This document shows, piece after piece, positions 24,823-35,606 of a stretch of 64,000 bases of DNA. Source of the DNA: Alphaproteobacteria bacterium (GTDB lineage Bacteria > Pseudomonadota > Alphaproteobacteria > MPNO01 > UBA830); NCBI GenBank assembly GCA_965243135.1, contig OZ251539.1, positions 1,216,001 through 1,280,000 on the forward strand, read 5' to 3'. Below the pieces are notes generated by a model, which saw nothing but the letters and a program-made list of their open reading frames with translations, made no database searches and was not told where the DNA came from. The position numbers were made by a program, and so were the translations under genes. How positions within the stretch are numbered: position 1 is the first letter of the stretch; each line of letters starts with the position of its first letter.

Positions 24823-25770
24823 TCAGGCGGTCTTTCCCACGGGCCAGGGCTTGTCGTCGACGACGGAGCGCCGCGCCGTCACTTCGTCGCCCACGTTGAC
24901 GACCATCAGGTCATGGCCGATTTCCGCCGGGCCGTCGTAGTTCTCCCTGATCTGCGCGAGAGCCGGTTCGATCAACTCGTCGTTGTTGTACATGTGGTAG
25001 ATCACGCCCAGCTTGGGCCGGGTCGCGGCGAAGACTTCTCCGACCTCGCGCGGGGAGGTGTGATAGACCTCGGCGATCTTCTTCGCGATTTCCAGCGGCC
25101 GTCCCGATCTCGCGGCGTAAAGCTCGGCCGGCGGAAACGCTTCGTGGATGATCAGGTCGGCGTTGCGTCCGTGCTCGATCAGCGAGTCGCATTTCTTCGT
25201 GTCGGCGGAGAAGACCACGACCCTGTCGCGGTATTCGATCTTCATCGCAAAGGTATTCTGCGGCTCGGTATGCACGACCTTGAAGGCGGTGATGCGCGCG
25301 CCGCCCTCGTCCAGCGTGTCGTAGATCGGCCCGTCCCGGTCGTATTCGGCGCACTCGATTTCGTGCCCGCCCGGCGGCAGGGCGTCGAGGCGGGTTTCGA
25401 CGTCCCACCGGTAGATGCCGCGAAGCCGGTCGACGATGCCGTCGGTGCCCGGCGGTCCCCAGACCTTCAGGGGCGTTCGCCGGCCGTAGGTCCAGCCGCC
25501 GATCCAGAAGTGATCGAGGCCGCCGATGTGATCGACGTGGTGATGGGTCAGGAAAACCTTGTCGACCCGATCGTAGGGGACTTCGAGGGAGGAGAAGTTC
25601 TGCGGCGCGCCGGGGCCGCAGTCGAGCAGGAACTTTTCCCGTCCCGCTTCGACGAACATGCAGGCGCCGGCCTGTCCGCGTCTCGGAAACGGCGTGCCCG
25701 TGCCGAGCAGCGTCACCCGGATTTCGTCGTCGGCCAGGGGTTCGCCCGGGCGGAAGGTCGATTCCGTCAT
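24823..25770 (-). CDS. MBL-fold metallo-hydrolase (RNase Z/AtsA-like)
   Basis: TLLGTGTP, LLDCGPG, THHHVDHIGG, FSADT, IHEA, HTSP. Confidence 0.88.
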   Translation of the reverse strand: MTESTFRPGEPLADDEIRVTLLGTGTPFPRRGQAGACMFVEAGREKFLLDCGPGAPQNFSSLEVPYDRVDKVFLTHHHVDHIGGLDHFWIGGWTYGRRTPLKVWGPPGTDGIVDRLRGIYRWDVETRLDALPPGGHEIECAEYDRDGPIYDTLDEGGARITAFKVVHTEPQNTFAMKIEYRDRVVVFSADTKKCDSLIEHGRNADLIIHEAFPPAELYAARSGRPLEIAKKIAEVYHTSPREVGEVFAATRPKLGVIYHMYNNDELIEPALAQIRENYDGPAEIGHDLMVVNVGDEVTARRSVVDDKPWPVGKTA

Positions 25771-26309
25771 GACCGTTCCTTTGGGCGCAGCGCCTTCACG
25801 CCGTTGCGTTCGGGGTCGTAGCGGTAGCGCAGAGTCTTGTCGAGATCGCAGCCGGTCACGCGCACCAGCCGGGTCTCGAGCGGCCGGTCGAGCGAATGTA
25901 TGACGCCTTCGTTGTACACCCGAGCCCTGCCTTCTTCGAGCCGGTACTCGCTGTGCGCGACGAGTTCCGCATGGCCTTCGCGGGAACCGTCGTCGACGCG
26001 CTTCCATTCGGTCATGTCGACGAAATTCATCGCCATGCCGTAGACCACCCAGGACGGGCCGTGACAGTGCGGCGTATTCGACGAAGGGCCGCGGTTGGTA
26101 TGGGCGAGAACTCTGAACCCGAAATCCGGATCCTCGTAGAGGCATTCCGACCCGGATTTCTTGTCGGGCCCGAGATGGGCAGCGACGAACTCCTTGTCCG
26201 CGAGCAGCGTTTCGAGACGGCGCGCGACCGCTTCGCGTCCGCGGGGGCCTGAATCTTCGGCCAGCGCCGTCCGGGCTTCGTCCCGGAATCTTTCGAGAGC
26301 CGGATTCAT
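25767..26309 (-). CDS. Cupin-fold (cysteine-dioxygenase-like) hypothetical protein
   Basis: LYEDPDFGF, PHCHGPSWVVYG, GVIHS; stop overlaps hydrolase start. Confidence 0.75.
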   Translation of the reverse strand: MNPALERFRDEARTALAEDSGPRGREAVARRLETLLADKEFVAAHLGPDKKSGSECLYEDPDFGFRVLAHTNRGPSSNTPHCHGPSWVVYGMAMNFVDMTEWKRVDDGSREGHAELVAHSEYRLEEGRARVYNEGVIHSLDRPLETRLVRVTGCDLDKTLRYRYDPERNGVKALRPKERS

Positions 26310-26797
26310 TGCGCGTCTCCTCCCAGTGCGCCGACATTGCAACATCGGCGGCAGCGTCGCAACCTCGGGCTTCCTCCGCGCCCGGATCTCGGGCGCGGTC
26401 CAGTCCCCGTACAATGCGGTTTCGACGCCCGGAAGAACGACGAGGACGACCGCCCGCATGCGGCGGACGCGGCGCGATTCGCCGTCGTTCGGCGGCCCAC
26501 GGCGTTGCCGCCCGGCGGCGAAGCGGCCGCCGTCGCGGAAATCGTCAGAAGCCGGGAAGAAGCGCGCCGAATCCGCCGAGCGGCGCGCCGCCGCGAATCG
26601 CCAACAGGAGGCCCGGCGAACGCCCGGAGCCGGTCGCCGGCGGGGAAACCCCGAGGCGGACCGTCAAAGGCGGCGCGGTCGGCGACGCGACGGCGACTCG
26701 CCGAACATGCCCGCTTTCGGCAGATGCCGGCGCGTCGGCGGGGTACGAAATCCGCCTTCGGAACGATAGACTGCGGGCGGCCAAATGGAGAGGCATC

Positions 26798-27238
26798 ATG
26801 GACATCGACCGTCAAGCGATCGCGGATTGGTTTTCCAGCTGGGACAAGCTGGTGGACGGAGTGGATTTCGTTCCGGCGCGGGAGTTGTTCGATCCGGAAG
26901 TGGTCGGTTTCGGGACGCGCATGGACATCGTGAGCGGAATCGACAATCTCGAGACGGCCCAGTGGCGCCGCGTCTGGCCGACGATCGAAGGATTCCGCTT
27001 CGATCTCTCGACGCTCCATTGCATGGTTTCGCCCGACCGGTTGCAGGCCGTCGGCATCGCGTTGTGGCGGTCGAAGGGCTTCCACGAGGACGGAAGCGCC
27101 TTCGAACGTCCCGGGCGGGCGACCGTCGCGTTCCGTCGCGAATCGGCGGACGATCCCTGGCGCGCGGTTCACACGCATATTTCCCTCAACCCAGGAACCC
27201 CGCAGAGATCCTGGAGGGACCGGCGGCCGGCGAGCTGA
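26798..27238 (+). CDS. SnoaL/NTF2-like domain protein
   Basis: 146 aa; ELFDPEVVGFGT, WxSxG, GRATVAF, WRAVHTHIS; GGAGAGG RBS. Confidence 0.8.
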   Translation: MDIDRQAIADWFSSWDKLVDGVDFVPARELFDPEVVGFGTRMDIVSGIDNLETAQWRRVWPTIEGFRFDLSTLHCMVSPDRLQAVGIALWRSKGFHEDGSAFERPGRATVAFRRESADDPWRAVHTHISLNPGTPQRSWRDRRPAS

Positions 27239-27289
27239 CCGGCCGGGTTTCGGGACGGCGGCGGCCGTCGAAAAGGGAGGCGACGCCGA

Positions 27290-28156
27290 TCAGAGCTTGC
27301 CCTTCCAAGGAATCAGGCGCGCTTCGAGCTTTCGCATGACCATTTCGATCGCATAGCCGATGATGCCGATGATGACGATGCCGATCACCACCGTGTCGGT
27401 CTGAAGGAAGTTTTTCGCGATCATGATCATGGAGCCGACGCCGCGGTCCGCGGCGACCAGCTCCGCCGCGACGACCGTGCCCCAGCATACGCCCATGGAG
27501 GTTCGGAGGCCGGTGAAAATTTCCGGCAGCGCGTTCGGCAGGATGACGTGCCGCAGCACCTGGATTTTCGTCGCGCCGAGCGAGTAGGCCGCGTGCACCT
27601 TCGAGACGTTGACCCCCGAAACCCCGGCGCGGGCGGCGATGGTCATGATGAAGAGCGCCGCGAGAAACAGAAGGAAGATTTTCGCGAACTCGTCGATGCC
27701 GAACCAGAGGATGATGAGCGGAATGAGCGCGAGCGGCGGGATCGGGCGCAGGAATTCGACCACCGGGTCGAACAGGCCGCGCGCGGTCGACGAGAGGCCC
27801 ATCGCGAAGCCCAACGGAATGCCGAGGACCGCGCCGTAGAAGACGCCCGACAGGACGCGGTAGATGCTGATCGCGACGTGATCCCAGAGCTCTATGTTCC
27901 GGAAGCCTTCCGTCCAGAGCAGATTCGCCCGCGAAAACACGGCGTCGAAGGACGGCCAGTAGATCGGTTTGATCCATCCGAAGCTCGTCGCCGCCCACCA
28001 CATGACGAGCAGCGCGACCGCCATGAGGATTCCCCAGGCGCGGCCGGAGTTGACGGCGGACGAGTCGCCGAATTTCACGGTCTTCTGGCGCGTGAAGCTG
28101 TTGTCGGCCAGTCCGAGCCAGATGGCGAGCTTCGACGGGTTCTTTTCGTTCGACAC
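27290..28156 (-). CDS. tauC: Taurine/sulfonate ABC transporter permease
   Basis: EFLRPIPPLALIPLIILWFGIDE, EAA-like loop, GTVVAAELVAA. Confidence 0.85.
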   Translation of the reverse strand: MSNEKNPSKLAIWLGLADNSFTRQKTVKFGDSSAVNSGRAWGILMAVALLVMWWAATSFGWIKPIYWPSFDAVFSRANLLWTEGFRNIELWDHVAISIYRVLSGVFYGAVLGIPLGFAMGLSSTARGLFDPVVEFLRPIPPLALIPLIILWFGIDEFAKIFLLFLAALFIMTIAARAGVSGVNVSKVHAAYSLGATKIQVLRHVILPNALPEIFTGLRTSMGVCWGTVVAAELVAADRGVGSMIMIAKNFLQTDTVVIGIVIIGIIGYAIEMVMRKLEARLIPWKGKL

Positions 28157-28170
28157 GGCCTGTTCCTCCC

Positions 28171-29037
28171 TTACTCGCTCGCGCGTCCCATGATTTCTTC
28201 CTCCATGCCCCAGATCATGGAGAGTATTTCTTCCCGATACTTCGTGAAGTCCGGGGACGCCTTGATGTTGCGGGGATCCTCCTCGAGGCCGAGGTCCGCG
28301 AACGGCAGCCGGTACTCCTTTTCGATGCGCCCCGGGCGCGGCGCCATGACCACCAGCCGTTCTCCCAGAAAGAGGGCTTCCTCGACGGAATGGGTGATGA
28401 GGACGATGGTTTTCCGGGTTTCCTTCCAGAGCTTGAGGATGAGTCCCTGCATCTTTTCGCGGGTCAGCGCGTCGAGGGCGCCGAGGGGTTCGTCCATGAG
28501 GATGACGTCGGGGTCGTTCGCCAGGCACCGCGCCAACGCCACGCGCTGCTGCATGCCGCCGGAGAGCTGGTAGACCGGCTTGTTCGCGAAGTCCTGCAGC
28601 CCGACCGACTCCAGAAGGCGGGCGACGGCCTTCGCGGTTTCGCTCCGGGGCTTCTTCGCCATGTCCGGTCCGAACGAGATGTTCTTCTCGACGGTCATCC
28701 ATTCGAACAGCGCGCCTTTCTGAAAGACCATGCCGCGGTCGGCCCCGGGCCCCGTGACCCGGGCCTCGGCCGCCGTTCGGGGCTGGACCGAGGTGACCGT
28801 GCCCACCTGGCCGGGGCCGGTGATCGGCTGGTCTTCGAGCCGGACCTCGCCCGAGGTCGGGGCCAGAAAGCCGGCGACGATGTTGAGCAGCGTCGTCTTG
28901 CCGCATCCCGACGGGCCCAGAATCGTCATGATCTCGCCGGGTTCCAGTTCGAGCGAGACGTTCTGCAGCGCATGGATGGGGGCGCTGTCCGGAACGGTGA
29001 AGACCATCGAGACGTCGTCGACCACAAGTCTTTTCAT
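28171..29037 (-). CDS. tauB: Taurine/sulfonate ABC transporter ATP-binding protein
   Basis: GPSGCGKTT, LSGGMQQRV, LMDEPLGALDALTRE. Confidence 0.88.
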   Translation of the reverse strand: MKRLVVDDVSMVFTVPDSAPIHALQNVSLELEPGEIMTILGPSGCGKTTLLNIVAGFLAPTSGEVRLEDQPITGPGQVGTVTSVQPRTAAEARVTGPGADRGMVFQKGALFEWMTVEKNISFGPDMAKKPRSETAKAVARLLESVGLQDFANKPVYQLSGGMQQRVALARCLANDPDVILMDEPLGALDALTREKMQGLILKLWKETRKTIVLITHSVEEALFLGERLVVMAPRPGRIEKEYRLPFADLGLEEDPRNIKASPDFTKYREEILSMIWGMEEEIMGRASE

Positions 29038-29067
29038 CGGCGGATCCTCCGGCCGGTTCGCGGAAGA

Positions 29068-29096
29068 CGGCGGAAAGGCCGGAGGCCTTTCCGCCG
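29068..29096 (-). terminator. 13-bp stem-loop between binding-protein gene and tauB
   Basis: CGGCGGAAAGGCC-GGA-GGCCTTTCCGCCG perfect stem; no long U-tract, so possibly an mRNA stabiliser. Confidence 0.6.
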
Positions 29097-29101
29097 GACT
29101 C

Positions 29102-30088
29102 CTACTTCACGAATTTGTCGGTAATCGCCGCGTCGTAGCTGTCGAGCGCCTTGTCCATCTGCTTCTGGGCGACGAAGAAGTCGGCGACGCTCTTCGAGAA
29201 CTTCTGGACGGTTCCGCCCAGCCAGGCCGGCGACGCCTGATCGGCCTTCGACGGGAACGAGAACATCGAAAGCAGCTTCTCGGCTCCCGCGTTGTCCATG
29301 CCGGCGGCCTTGGCGATCTTCGGCAGGGCGGCCTTCATGTCGGCGGCGTAGGCGGCGTTCGCCTTGTCCGTCACGTCGATGAATTTCTGGACCAGGTCGG
29401 GCCGCTCGGCCGCGAACTTTCCGGTCACCGAAATCACGTCGAAGACGCGGATGCCGATCGCTTCCTGTTCCTTGGCCGTCATCAGCAGCGAACCCGACTC
29501 CAGCATGCGGAGCACCGGGCCGCCGAAGGCGCATCCCATGACGATGTCGCCGCGGGCGAAGGCGACGGCGGCGTCGGCGCCGTTCATCTGCACCATGTCG
29601 ACCTTCGCGGCGTCGACGCCCAGATGATCGAGCATCCGCAGCAGCTTGTAGTGGGTGACGTTGCCGATGGGGGTTCCGATCTTCTTGCCTTCCAGTTCCT
29701 TGGCGTTGGCCTTGGTGATGCCGGAGGCCTTGCTGACGACGCAGTTGTCGGCTTCGGCGTAAGACACGGCGACGCCGACCATCTTCAGGTCGAGGCCGCT
29801 GGACACCGCGACGATGTAGGGAACCAGTCCCTGGCTGTAGGCGATATGCACGTTGCCCGACGCCATCGCCTGCGACATTTCGTTGCCGTTGCCGAAAGCG
29901 CGCCAGTTGACCTTGACGCCCATTTCCTTGTCGTAGGTTTTTTCGAGCTGCGCCACCTGGTTGGCGGTCGGCCATTCCAGGAAGTACGCGACGGTGATTT
30001 CGTCCTGCGCGCGGGCCGCGCCCGCGGCGAGACAAGCCGACAGCGCGGCGAAGGCCGCGCCCTTTGCGATCCGGTTGACGATGTGCAT
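29102..30088 (-). CDS. tauA: Taurine-type ABC transporter substrate-binding protein (copy A)
   Basis: Signal peptide, VAYFLEWPT, YSQGLVP, FDVISV. Confidence 0.82.
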   Translation of the reverse strand: MHIVNRIAKGAAFAALSACLAAGAARAQDEITVAYFLEWPTANQVAQLEKTYDKEMGVKVNWRAFGNGNEMSQAMASGNVHIAYSQGLVPYIVAVSSGLDLKMVGVAVSYAEADNCVVSKASGITKANAKELEGKKIGTPIGNVTHYKLLRMLDHLGVDAAKVDMVQMNGADAAVAFARGDIVMGCAFGGPVLRMLESGSLLMTAKEQEAIGIRVFDVISVTGKFAAERPDLVQKFIDVTDKANAAYAADMKAALPKIAKAAGMDNAGAEKLLSMFSFPSKADQASPAWLGGTVQKFSKSVADFFVAQKQMDKALDSYDAAITDKFVK

Positions 30089-30341
30089 TTCGATGTTCTC
30101 CCCTGAATCTTGCGGAAACGTCGTTTATCCGCCGAGTGCCCCGTTCATCCGCCGGCGCCGCGCGGGAACGCCGCCCGAAAGCTTCGACCGCGTCCGCCGT
30201 CGACCCCGGCGGCTTTCATAATATCGGTCCCGCCGCCATACGCAAGAAATTCCGATTTCGCCTGCGGCGTTCGCCGGGCGGCGCTCCGGAGGTCCGCGAA
30301 CCGAAGAAAACGGAAGTGCATTCGCGCTTTCCTCCAGATCC

Positions 30342-31322
30342 CTACTTCACGAATTCGGCGGTAATCGCCGCGTCGTAGCTGTCGAGCGCCTTGTCCAGTT
30401 GTTTCCGGTCGACGAAGAAGTCGGCGACGTCCTTGGAGAACGTCTGCACGGTTCCGCCCAGCCAGGCCGGCGACGCCTGCTCCGCTTTCGACGGGAACCT
30501 GGACGTCGAAATCAGCTCTTCGGCTCCCGTCTCGTCCATTCCCGCGGCCCGGGCGATCTTCGGAAGCAGGCCCTTCTTGTCGGCGGCGTAGGCGGCGTTC
30601 GCCTTCTCCGTCACGTCGACGAATTTCCGGACCAGGTCCGGACGTTCGGCGGCGAACCGCCCGGTCACCGAAATCACGTCGAAGACGCGGATGCCGATCG
30701 CTTCCTGTTCGGCGGCCGTCATCAGGGGCGAGCCCAACTCCAGCATGCGCAGCAACGGGCCGGCGAAAGCGCATCCCATGACGATGTCCCCGCGGGCGAA
30801 AGCGACCGCCGCTTCGGCGGGGTTCATCTGCACCAGGTCGACCCTGGCGGCGTCGACGCCCAGGTGGTCCAGCATCCGCAAGAGCTTGTAATGGGTGACG
30901 TTGCCGATGGGAGTCCCGACCTTCTTGCCTTCCAGTTCCCTGGCGTTGGCCTTGGCGATGCCGGAAGCCTTGCTGACGACGCAGTTGTCGGATTCCGCGT
31001 AGGAGGCGGCGACGCCGACCGCCTTCAGGTCAAGGCCATTGGACACGGCGACGATGAAGGGAACGATGCCCTGGCTGTAGGCGATCTGCACGTCGCCGGA
31101 CGCCATCGCCTGCGACATTTCGTTGCCGTTGCCGAACGCGCGCCAGTTGACCTTGACGCCCATTTCCCGGTCGTAGGTTTTGTCGGCCTGGGCCGCCAGG
31201 TTGGGGGTGGGCCATTCCAGGAAGTACGCGACGGTGATTTCGTCCTGCGCGCGCGCCAGGCCCGCGGCGAGGCAAACGGCGGCAAAGACCGCGCAGAGGC
31301 GGCCGAGAACGGAAACTTGCAT
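30342..31322 (-). CDS. tauA: Taurine-type ABC transporter substrate-binding protein (copy B)
   Basis: Close tandem paralog of 29102-30088 with its own signal peptide. Confidence 0.8.
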   Translation of the reverse strand: MQVSVLGRLCAVFAAVCLAAGLARAQDEITVAYFLEWPTPNLAAQADKTYDREMGVKVNWRAFGNGNEMSQAMASGDVQIAYSQGIVPFIVAVSNGLDLKAVGVAASYAESDNCVVSKASGIAKANARELEGKKVGTPIGNVTHYKLLRMLDHLGVDAARVDLVQMNPAEAAVAFARGDIVMGCAFAGPLLRMLELGSPLMTAAEQEAIGIRVFDVISVTGRFAAERPDLVRKFVDVTEKANAAYAADKKGLLPKIARAAGMDETGAEELISTSRFPSKAEQASPAWLGGTVQTFSKDVADFFVDRKQLDKALDSYDAAITAEFVK

Positions 31323-31431
31323 GGCGTTTTCCGCGCGTCGAAAGACAGCATTATGCGCCGCCCGGCCTCCGGTCCGCAAGGTCGACGCCATGCGGCGTTC
31401 GCCGCGAAGAGAGGCCGGCGGCGCGCCGCCG

Positions 31432-32517
31432 TCAGAACAGGTGTCCGCTCTTCTCCGCCTTCACTGCGAGATAGCGTTCGTTGTGCCGGTTCGAAGGAAA
31501 GGCGTGGCCGACGCGCTCCACGACCTCGACGCCGCACTCCTCGAGCTGGGCGATCTTGCGGGGGTTGTTGGTCAGGAGCCTGACTTTCGAGAACCCGAGC
31601 TGGCGAAGCATTTCCGCGGCGGCGGCGAAGACGCGCTCGTCGTCCTCGAAACCGAGGCGGCGGTTGGCCTCCACGGTGTCGAAGCCCTGGTCCTGCAGCG
31701 CGTAGGCGCGGAGCTTGTTGATCAGCCCGATGCCGCGGCCCTCCTGCGCAAGGTAGAGCAGGACGCCGGCGCCTTCGGCGGAAATTCGTTCGATCGCGCC
31801 GCGCAACTGCTCGCCGCAGTCGCATTTGAGGGAACCCAGCAGATCCCCGGTGAAGCACTCCGAATGGAGGCGCACCAGCGCCGGAGGGAGCGGATCGCCG
31901 ATGACGACGGCCAGATGCTCGACTCCGCCGTCGGCCGGGCGGAAGGCCATGACCCGCGCGTTCTCGGCGTCGGCGAGCGGGATCCGCGCGCCGGCGACGC
32001 GTCCCAGGGTCGAGGCCGTCCGGAGATCGTAGTCGGCGACGTCGCGCGCGGCGAAGGTCGCGACGTCGGGACGCGAGCCGATCCTGACCAGGGGCACGCT
32101 CGCGCAAAGCGCGGAAGGCAGCAGGCGGGCGACCTTCGCCAGTTTCACGCTCGCCGCCGCGGCGTCCGGGACCGGGTCGCGCCTGGCGTGAAACGGTCCC
32201 CTCATGGGGTCGGCGAGGTCGAATTGCGGGTCGGCGAGCCGGCGGATTTGTTCGGCCGTCAGCCAGTCCGGGTAGGGAACGCGGACGACCTCGGGCGTGT
32301 ACTGCCGGATCTTGAGGGTTTCCGCGCGGCGGACGGTCAGCACGACGTCGATTTCGTCCCCGAGCTTCCGCATCTCGTCCACGGCTTCCGCCGTCGCCAT
32401 TTCCGTCGCGAGCGCGAGGACGGCGCGGTCGCTGTCGTCGAGCGCGAAGACGGGCCGTCCGCATCGCAACTCGAACGCCGCCCGTTCGACCTGCGCCATG
32501 GGCGACGCGGGATTCAT
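31432..32517 (-). CDS. ribA: GTP cyclohydrolase II with degenerate RibB-like N-terminus
   Basis: RLHSECFTGDLLGSLKCDCG, QEGRGIGLINKLRAY, LLTNNPRK. Confidence 0.93.
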   Translation of the reverse strand: MNPASPMAQVERAAFELRCGRPVFALDDSDRAVLALATEMATAEAVDEMRKLGDEIDVVLTVRRAETLKIRQYTPEVVRVPYPDWLTAEQIRRLADPQFDLADPMRGPFHARRDPVPDAAAASVKLAKVARLLPSALCASVPLVRIGSRPDVATFAARDVADYDLRTASTLGRVAGARIPLADAENARVMAFRPADGGVEHLAVVIGDPLPPALVRLHSECFTGDLLGSLKCDCGEQLRGAIERISAEGAGVLLYLAQEGRGIGLINKLRAYALQDQGFDTVEANRRLGFEDDERVFAAAAEMLRQLGFSKVRLLTNNPRKIAQLEECGVEVVERVGHAFPSNRHNERYLAVKAEKSGHLF

Positions 32518-33962
32518 CCCTGCGCCCACGGCCGGGCGAACGGGTCGACCGGCGTTCTGCCGGCGTGCCTGCGTTGGCTGAGGCGCTTCAAGATTCTTGC
32601 CTGACGTTCGACCTGGAGCCGTCGCCCGCCCATTCGCCGAAGCTTTCCGGCGAAAGGGCGGGCGGCGGCAAGAATTACCACAGACCGCGCGGCCGAGAAA
32701 CGGAGTCCGCGGTCCGGCGGCGGCCGGGCGTCGCGCTTCCCGCGGCGAGCCGCCGTCCTTTTTCCGGCCGACCGTTCGGCGCGTCCGGCGTCGCCGAGCG
32801 AACCCGGCGACGCCGGGATTCCCGAATTCCATAAGGTAAAATGGCGGCCGGACGCCGCGGGCAGCGGCGTTCGCGCGCGAAGCGCGCGGGGGCGGGGAGG
32901 GAAAAGACATGGAAATCTCTACGGAGACCAAGTTGGTCAGGCGCGCCGGGTCCGGTCGCAGCGTCGAGGCCGATTTCTGCATCCTCGGCGCGGGCATTTC
33001 CGGGGTCTCGGCGGCGCTGGAGGCCGCGGCTCTGGGCCGCCGCGTGGTTTTGGTGGACGGTTTCCCGGCGCTGGGAGGGCAGGCCGTGAATTCCATCATC
33101 GGGACGTTCTGCGGGCTCTACTCGAACGGCCGGGATTGCTACCGGTTCACCTACGGCGTCGCCGACAGGCTGCTGCGCGACCTCGGCGCGGAGAACGCCC
33201 TCTACTGGCACAGGGGACCGGTTACGACGTTCGTCTACTACGACGAGGTGGCGTTGTCGCGCTGGGTCGAAAAGGCCGTCGTCGGCGCCGGCGTCACCGT
33301 GGTCGTCGGCGCCGTGCTGCTCGGCGCGCATCGCGAGGGGCGGCGAATCGGCCGCCTCGAATTCGCCACGCGCTACGGAAACCTCTCCGTCTCGGCGACC
33401 GGTTACGTCGACGCCAGCGGCGACGCGGCCCTGACGTGGCAGGCGGGGCTCGAATGCCGGGAACCCGCGGAGGGACCGATCTACGGATCGCAGCAGATCG
33501 TGGTGGAGAACGTCCGCGAAGCGCATCAGCCGACAAGGAACGAGGTGATCGAGCGCCTGGAGGAGAAAGCGGAAGCCTACGGGCTGGTCCGGCGCAACGG
33601 ACTCGCATTCGTCTTTCCCGGCAGATCGACGGCGGTGGTCAACATGACGCACGTGGAGACGCCGCTCGATCCGATCGAAGCGTCGCGCAAGGGCATCGAG
33701 GGCAAGGATCAGGCGGACAGGGTGGCCGAATTCCTGCGGCGGGAGTTTCCCCGGGCCTTCGGCGACATCCGGATTCGCAGCTACGGATTTCCGGGCATTC
33801 GGCAGACCCGCTGGATCCGGGCGCGCCACGAACTTACCGTCGAAGAGGTGCGGAACGGCGTCCGTTTCGGGGACTCCATCGCCCGCACGTCGTGGCCGAT
33901 CGAGTTGCACAACAGCGCGGAGGGGGTGGTCTGGGAGGCGTTCGACGACGATCATGTGCACT

Positions 33963-35606
33963 CAGCAATTCCCGCTAAGGCTTGAAACCCTTGGAAAATA
34001 TGGGGTCCGAAAAAAAATTTTCGTAGACTTTTCGAGGCGATTCGGGGCTATTTGTCTTCGAGCGGAGAATTTTTCTCTGGAAAATGGTTCGAAGGCGAGG
34101 CGGGATCGTACCAAAATGGCTAGAATGCCAAGCATGCGCAAGACGCTCAGCGCTCCGGGATTGCTGAAGGCGCTCCGGGGGGTTTTTGACGGCATTGAGG
34201 ATCTGACGGCGAGTCGAGGCGTCGCTCTTTCGGATTGCCTGATGTCGGGGATTGCGGTATTTGGTTTGAAATACAAATCTCTTTTAAAGTTTGATCGCGA
34301 CGCACGTTTTGATGAAACGGTTCGCAATAATCTTGCGACGTTGTACGGGATAGAGAGAGCGCCTTCCGATACCAGGTTGCGCGAGCGTCTGGACGACGTG
34401 GACCCCCATAGTTTACGCCCCGCTTTCACGAAGATGTTCCAGTTGCTTCAGCGTGGAAAGGGTCTGGAAGGTTACACATGTCTAGGCGGGCATTATCTTT
34501 TATCCGTTGACGGAACGGGATATTTTTCATCTCACAAGGTGCACTGTAAAAGCTGCTGTGAAAAGCACCACAGGGACGGAACAATCACGTACTACCATCA
34601 GATGCTAGGGGCAGTTCTCGTACATCCGGAACAAAAGGAAGTTTTCCCTCTTGCGCCGGAGCCGATCACCAAGAAAGATGGAAAGAAGAAAAACGATTGC
34701 GAACGCAACGCGGCGACACGATTGTTGCGCGATGTGCGGCGGGAGCATCCGTTTTTGAAATTGATAGTGGTAGAGGACGGACTTGCCTCGAACGGCCCGC
34801 ATGTCAAGCATCTCAAGGAGTTGAACCTTCGCTTCATACTGGGAGCGAAGCCGGGAGACCATAAATTTTTGTTTGATTTAGTGAACAGGTCACGATCTGT
34901 GAAACGTGCCGAATTCTCCGATGAAGAAGGTATAATGCACGAATTCAGATATCTTAACAAGGCACCACTCAACGACGCGAATTTCGACCTTGAAGTCAAC
35001 TTTGTTGAATACTGGGAAAAGCGCCCCGACGGCAAAAAGCAACGCTTTTCCTGGGTTACAGACCTGCCAGTAGGAGATCACAACCTGATGGAGATAATGC
35101 GTGCCGGGCGTGCGCGTTGGCGTATCGAAAACGAGACCTTCAACACCCTGAAGAACCAAGGTTACAGCTTCGAACACAACTTCGGTCATGGTTACAAGCA
35201 TCTGTCGAATGTTTTTGCTAACTTGATGATGCTGGCTTTCCTGATCGACCAGATTCAGCAGAGATGTTGCAATCTGTTTCAAAGAGCACGGAAGAAAGCC
35301 GAGCGTTCCATCTACCTGTGGGAGAAGTTGAGAGCTATGTTCTTCAACTTTTCACTACCAGGCTGGGAAGCGCTTTATCGTGCTATAGCGTTCGGATACA
35401 AAAAACCGATTCTGGAACCTTACGATACTTCTTGATATAATAAATTTTCGAAGTGTGTAGCAGGTTCTTCAGGGGGAAACATAACCAACGAAAGCTTCGG
35501 TCATTAAGCCGAACGTTAGACGTTCGTCCTGACGGTCGTACCTTCTGCCGAGAAAGTCCTTTACATCTGATTTGGCACGACCACTACAAGTTAGCGGGAA
35601 TTTCTG
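33963..35606 (+). mobile_element. Insertion sequence (DDE transposase, ISNCY/IS4-superfamily-like), 1644 bp
   Basis: 16-bp TIRs CAGCAATTCCCGCTAA / TTAGCGGGAATTTCTG (1 mismatch); 9-bp TSD ATGTGCACT at 33954-33962 and 35607-35615; low GC. Confidence 0.95.
34116..35435 (+). CDS. DDE transposase, intact
   Basis: LSVDGTG, VVEDGL, RARWRIENETFNTLKNQGY.FEHNFGHG. Confidence 0.92.
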   Translation: MARMPSMRKTLSAPGLLKALRGVFDGIEDLTASRGVALSDCLMSGIAVFGLKYKSLLKFDRDARFDETVRNNLATLYGIERAPSDTRLRERLDDVDPHSLRPAFTKMFQLLQRGKGLEGYTCLGGHYLLSVDGTGYFSSHKVHCKSCCEKHHRDGTITYYHQMLGAVLVHPEQKEVFPLAPEPITKKDGKKKNDCERNAATRLLRDVRREHPFLKLIVVEDGLASNGPHVKHLKELNLRFILGAKPGDHKFLFDLVNRSRSVKRAEFSDEEGIMHEFRYLNKAPLNDANFDLEVNFVEYWEKRPDGKKQRFSWVTDLPVGDHNLMEIMRAGRARWRIENETFNTLKNQGYSFEHNFGHGYKHLSNVFANLMMLAFLIDQIQQRCCNLFQRARKKAERSIYLWEKLRAMFFNFSLPGWEALYRAIAFGYKKPILEPYDTS

